A stretch of DNA of 64,000 nucleotides. It comes from Arenicellales bacterium (lineage in GTDB: Bacteria > Pseudomonadota > Gammaproteobacteria > Arenicellales > JAJDZL01). The stretch covers positions 1,869,399-1,933,398 of the forward strand of contig OZ244840.1 in the NCBI GenBank assembly GCA_965220725.1, read 5' to 3'. A program made the translations under genes and the position numbers. Of this stretch, positions 61,348 through 64,000 are shown in pieces (position 1 is the first letter of the stretch; every line of letters starts with the position of its first letter). Under the pieces are notes generated by a model. It was not told the DNA's origin, ran no database searches, and was given only the letters and a program-made list of their open reading frames with translations.

Positions 61348-61366
61348 ATTAAAGTGAAAAACAACA
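61348..61366 (-). repeat. terminal inverted repeat
   Basis: ATTAAAGTGAAAAACAACA followed by TSD CGTGC. Confidence 0.95.
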
Positions 61367-61493
61367 CGTGCCAGTTCGAACGCAAAAAACCATTCCACCT
61401 TCTTTTTTCTAAGTATTCCTGTGCTGAAATTGCGTTAGGGCATTGTTGCATCAATTGGTATACACTCGTTGCGGAGTTGGTTTGTTTTACCAT
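61367..61493 (-). pseudogene. IS1595-family transposase remnant, 5' part
   Basis: MVKQTNSATSVYQLMQQCPNAISAQEYLEKRRWNG, then a frameshift into FCVRTG; the zinc-ribbon segment is missing. Confidence 0.7.
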
Positions 61494-61592
61494 TGATTTT
61501 TCCTTCCCCTCCTCCTTGAAAGTGCTTCGCTTCTATAAATTATATGTTACTTCCCGGTGACAGGTATATAGTGGGTGCGGTCTGCTCGGGGC

Positions 61593-61745
61593 CTACCAGT
61601 TGAGTCCGACACCGAAATAAACCAGCAGAGCCGGTATGATCAACCACAGCAATCCCTTGATGAAAAAGAACAGGAATCCGATCACACCCAATTGCCTGAT
61701 GCGCTTGCGGAATTTCTCATTGGATAGAAAACCCAATCCCCTCAT
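61593..61745 (-). CDS. small membrane protein (50 aa)
   Basis: Manual translation MRGLGFLSNEKFRKRIRQLGVIGFLFFFIKGLLWLIIPALLVYFGVGLNW*; basic N-terminus then TM segment; same strand, downstream of the hydrolase. Confidence 0.7.
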   Translation of the reverse strand: MRGLGFLSNEKFRKRIRQLGVIGFLFFFIKGLLWLIIPALLVYFGVGLNW

Positions 61746-61784
61746 CACAGATACAATGCCTGAATATAGTTGCCAGTTAACCCA

Positions 61785-62657
61785 TCATGCTCTTGGACAT
61801 TCAACCAGATCTAGTTGATTTGAAGACTGAAGAAAGGGTAGGACGTGTTGCGCGACGTCACCTGGCTGATCCATGTGGCAGTGATGTTCGCCATCAATGT
61901 CGATGACTGTGAGGTTCTCAAGATACTGTTCCCGCCCCTGCATGCGTTCCCAACTCTTGATGATGCCGTTGGAAGACCGGATCAGCATGGCAGCACTTTT
62001 GATGTTGCGAAGATAGTGGATCACCTGGTCTTCGGTAAGGTAGATGGGTGAGGGTTGACGCAGGCAACGGTCAGTGCGCCATCTGAATCCGCCATTGGAG
62101 TGAACCAGGTTTCTTTCCACGATCAGTCTTGCTGATGACAGCGACATCGGTCCTGCCTTCTGTCGTACCCGGGCGGCGTCATCAAGGTTGCTGTAGACGC
62201 TTGGTGTTGCCGCAGATGCGGTGGTCTTTTCCACATGCGAACGCAACTGATCCATGAACTTATCGGCTGTAGCAGTCAAGGGAGCAAGTCCCTCGATCAT
62301 TGCGAGGCGGTCAACCCGTTGGGGCAATATTGCGGCGATGACACCGCTGACAGCCGCGCCGAGTGAGTGTCCGAGCAAACTGAAACGTTTCAGTCGCAGC
62401 GCATCTGCAGCAAGAATGATGTCCGCGGCGTAGTCGATGAAGTGGTAGGCGTTCACACCGTTTCGATGCTGGGACTTCCCGTGTCCGGGCATATCCAGGG
62501 CGATCAGTCGCAAACCGTGCAAGTGACTGGCGATTGGAATGAAACTGGCAGCATTGTCGAGCCAGCCATGCAGGGCGAGGACGGCAGGGCAATCCGCTTC
62601 ACCCCATTCGATTCCGGACAATTCGAGGTTTCTTGTCTGTATCGAGAATTCTTTCAA
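61785..62657 (-). CDS. alpha/beta fold hydrolase
   Basis: LHGWLDNAASF, DMPGHG, GHSLG nucleophile elbow, GEHHCHM; TTG start near 62657. Confidence 0.9.
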   Translation of the reverse strand: MKEFSIQTRNLELSGIEWGEADCPAVLALHGWLDNAASFIPIASHLHGLRLIALDMPGHGKSQHRNGVNAYHFIDYAADIILAADALRLKRFSLLGHSLGAAVSGVIAAILPQRVDRLAMIEGLAPLTATADKFMDQLRSHVEKTTASAATPSVYSNLDDAARVRQKAGPMSLSSARLIVERNLVHSNGGFRWRTDRCLRQPSPIYLTEDQVIHYLRNIKSAAMLIRSSNGIIKSWERMQGREQYLENLTVIDIDGEHHCHMDQPGDVAQHVLPFLQSSNQLDLVECPRA

Positions 62658-62981
62658 CGAGTCTGACTCCAATGACGGTATTTTGGAAAATTGCAATAAT
62701 ACAAAAAAGAGTGATTTGGAGAGTGGGAGTTTCCCCACAGTTTCAATTTGGATTGAAACGGACGGAATCCAGGTTTGATTGCAGGCCATGTTCCAACGAC
62801 AAGCACACCTCGCTCAACATACACTATCATGGATAATCAGAAGTGATTGTTACCGTTACGCTGGTACAAGATGATGAACGTCAGATCTGCAGCCATTGCT
62901 CCACTTGGTCCTTCGGTAGGAAGGCCGGATGCGGAGCATGGATAGCAGTGGATCGATCCGACTACCATGGTTGACCTGGCA

Positions 62982-64000
62982 ATGGCTGAAAATCCTGAAT
63001 CAGAAATGCGGCAGAAATTCCTGAGCGGAATGAGTCATGCTGCCTGTACGGTGAATATCGTAACGACAGATGGCCCGGCCGGCCGGTCCGGCGTGACAGT
63101 CTCTGCAATGTCATCTGTTTCCGCGGACACTCCAAAACCAACCTTGCTTGTATGCATTCACCACAGGAGTCCGACTGCATCGAAAGTCCTGGACAATGGG
63201 GTGTTCTGTGTGAATGTGCTTCGGGATGATCAGACTTACATTTCAGATACGTTTGCGGGCCGGATGAAAGAGATGGTTGACGACAAGTTTGCCTGTGCCA
63301 GTTGGACGACTCAGATTACCGGCTCGCCCCGCGTGATTGACCCACTGGTTGCCTTTGACTGTCGGGTTGTCAGCAGTGAGTTGGTTGGGACGCACCATGT
63401 ATTTTTCGGAGAAGTTGAGGATATTTTCATGGCTGACCGCGGTTCGCCGCTGATTTACGCGAATCGTGCCTACGGAACGCCGACCCGTGTTGACGCGGTT
63501 GCCGCGACGCCAAACAGGAATGCCGCGGCGCAAGTATTGAGAGTCGGTTGCTTTCACACTTTTGGCCCCTACGTGCTTCCCAGACTGCTGCAGCGATTTC
63601 CGGAATCCGAGTCATTGAACCTTCATCTTGTCGAAGGAGACCAGCGCAGAATCTGTGAGAGTCTGATTGCAGGTGAGATTGACATTGCCCTTGTGTACAA
63701 TTTTGATCTGGGTGACCAGATTCAGGCGACAACACTGGTTGAACTCGAACCTTATGTGTTGCTGGCTGAAACCTCACCGCTTGCGGGCCATTCAAAACTT
63801 ACAGTGGAAAACCTGAAGGATGAGCCGATGATTCTGCTGGACGCGCCGCCCAGTGCCGAATATTTTCAATCACTCATCACAGAAGCCGGTTACGAGCCCA
63901 ATATTCGCTTTCGCTCTCGCTCATTCGAGATGGTACGCGGCATGGTCGGGCATGGTCTGGGTTACACCTTGTTGGTGACAAAGCCTGCGTCGGCGATGAC
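62982..64000 (+). CDS. flavin reductase domain fused to a LysR substrate-binding domain (runs off the window end)
   Basis: Manual translation FLSGMSHAACTVNIVTTDG..G.TVSA..FCVNVL..GTHHVFFGEV..PLIY, continuing in frame into LRVGCFHTFGPYVLP..EGDQ..GEIDIAL..FEMVRGMVGHGLGY. Alternative ATG at 62967. Confidence 0.88.
   Translation, partial: MAENPESEMRQKFLSGMSHAACTVNIVTTDGPAGRSGVTVSAMSSVSADTPKPTLLVCIHHRSPTASKVLDNGVFCVNVLRDDQTYISDTFAGRMKEMVDDKFACASWTTQITGSPRVIDPLVAFDCRVVSSELVGTHHVFFGEVEDIFMADRGSPLIYANRAYGTPTRVDAVAATPNRNAAAQVLRVGCFHTFGPYVLPRLLQRFPESESLNLHLVEGDQRRICESLIAGEIDIALVYNFDLGDQIQATTLVELEPYVLLAETSPLAGHSKLTVENLKDEPMILLDAPPSAEYFQSLITEAGYEPNIRFRSRSFEMVRGMVGHGLGYTLLVTKPASAM

Larger units (their letters stand above)
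57292..61366 (-). mobile_element. complete 4,075-bp DDE transposon (Mu/Tn7/Tn5053-like TG...CA ends), four genes
   Basis: Perfect 19-bp TIRs; 5-bp TSD CGTGC at 57287-57291 and 61367-61371; GC-rich interior against AT-rich flanks; interrupts an IS1595 reading frame. Confidence 0.95.

Noticed and set aside
57292-61366. CRISPR-associated transposon or Tn7
   Set aside because: No cas, tniQ/tnsD, tnsA or repeat-spacer array within the TIRs

Overview
This is a chromosomal window from a bacterium. Gene content (rplU-rpmA-obgE-proB, rpsT/murJ-ribF-ileS-lspA, three TRAP systems, organosulfur genes) suggests a marine, possibly host-associated Gammaproteobacterium; that assignment is inference. It holds a housekeeping core (27-41.6 kb), many catabolic and transport genes, and aprBA of the lineage II type. 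The accessory DNA is the most interesting part. (1) A complete, precisely bounded 4,075-bp TG...CA transposon (57292-61366) has perfect 19-bp terminal inverted repeats and a 5-bp CGTGC target duplication. It encodes a Cys/His-rich helper, a DDE transposase, an ExeA-type AAA+ ATPase and a DUF3991/Toprim-like protein whose expected acidic residues appear substituted. It is nested in a decayed IS1595 next to a Panacea antitoxin plus 2-TM gene pair. (2) An AT-rich two-gene DUF488 module is a candidate defence system. (3) A 6 x 22-bp phased repeat array lies upstream of an AAA/DUF4143 ATPase. (4) Two tandem micro-genes are built from a repeated ~30-aa helical unit. (5) A flavin reductase is fused to a LysR substrate-binding domain. 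All family assignments come from motif recognition by eye; no database searches were run.
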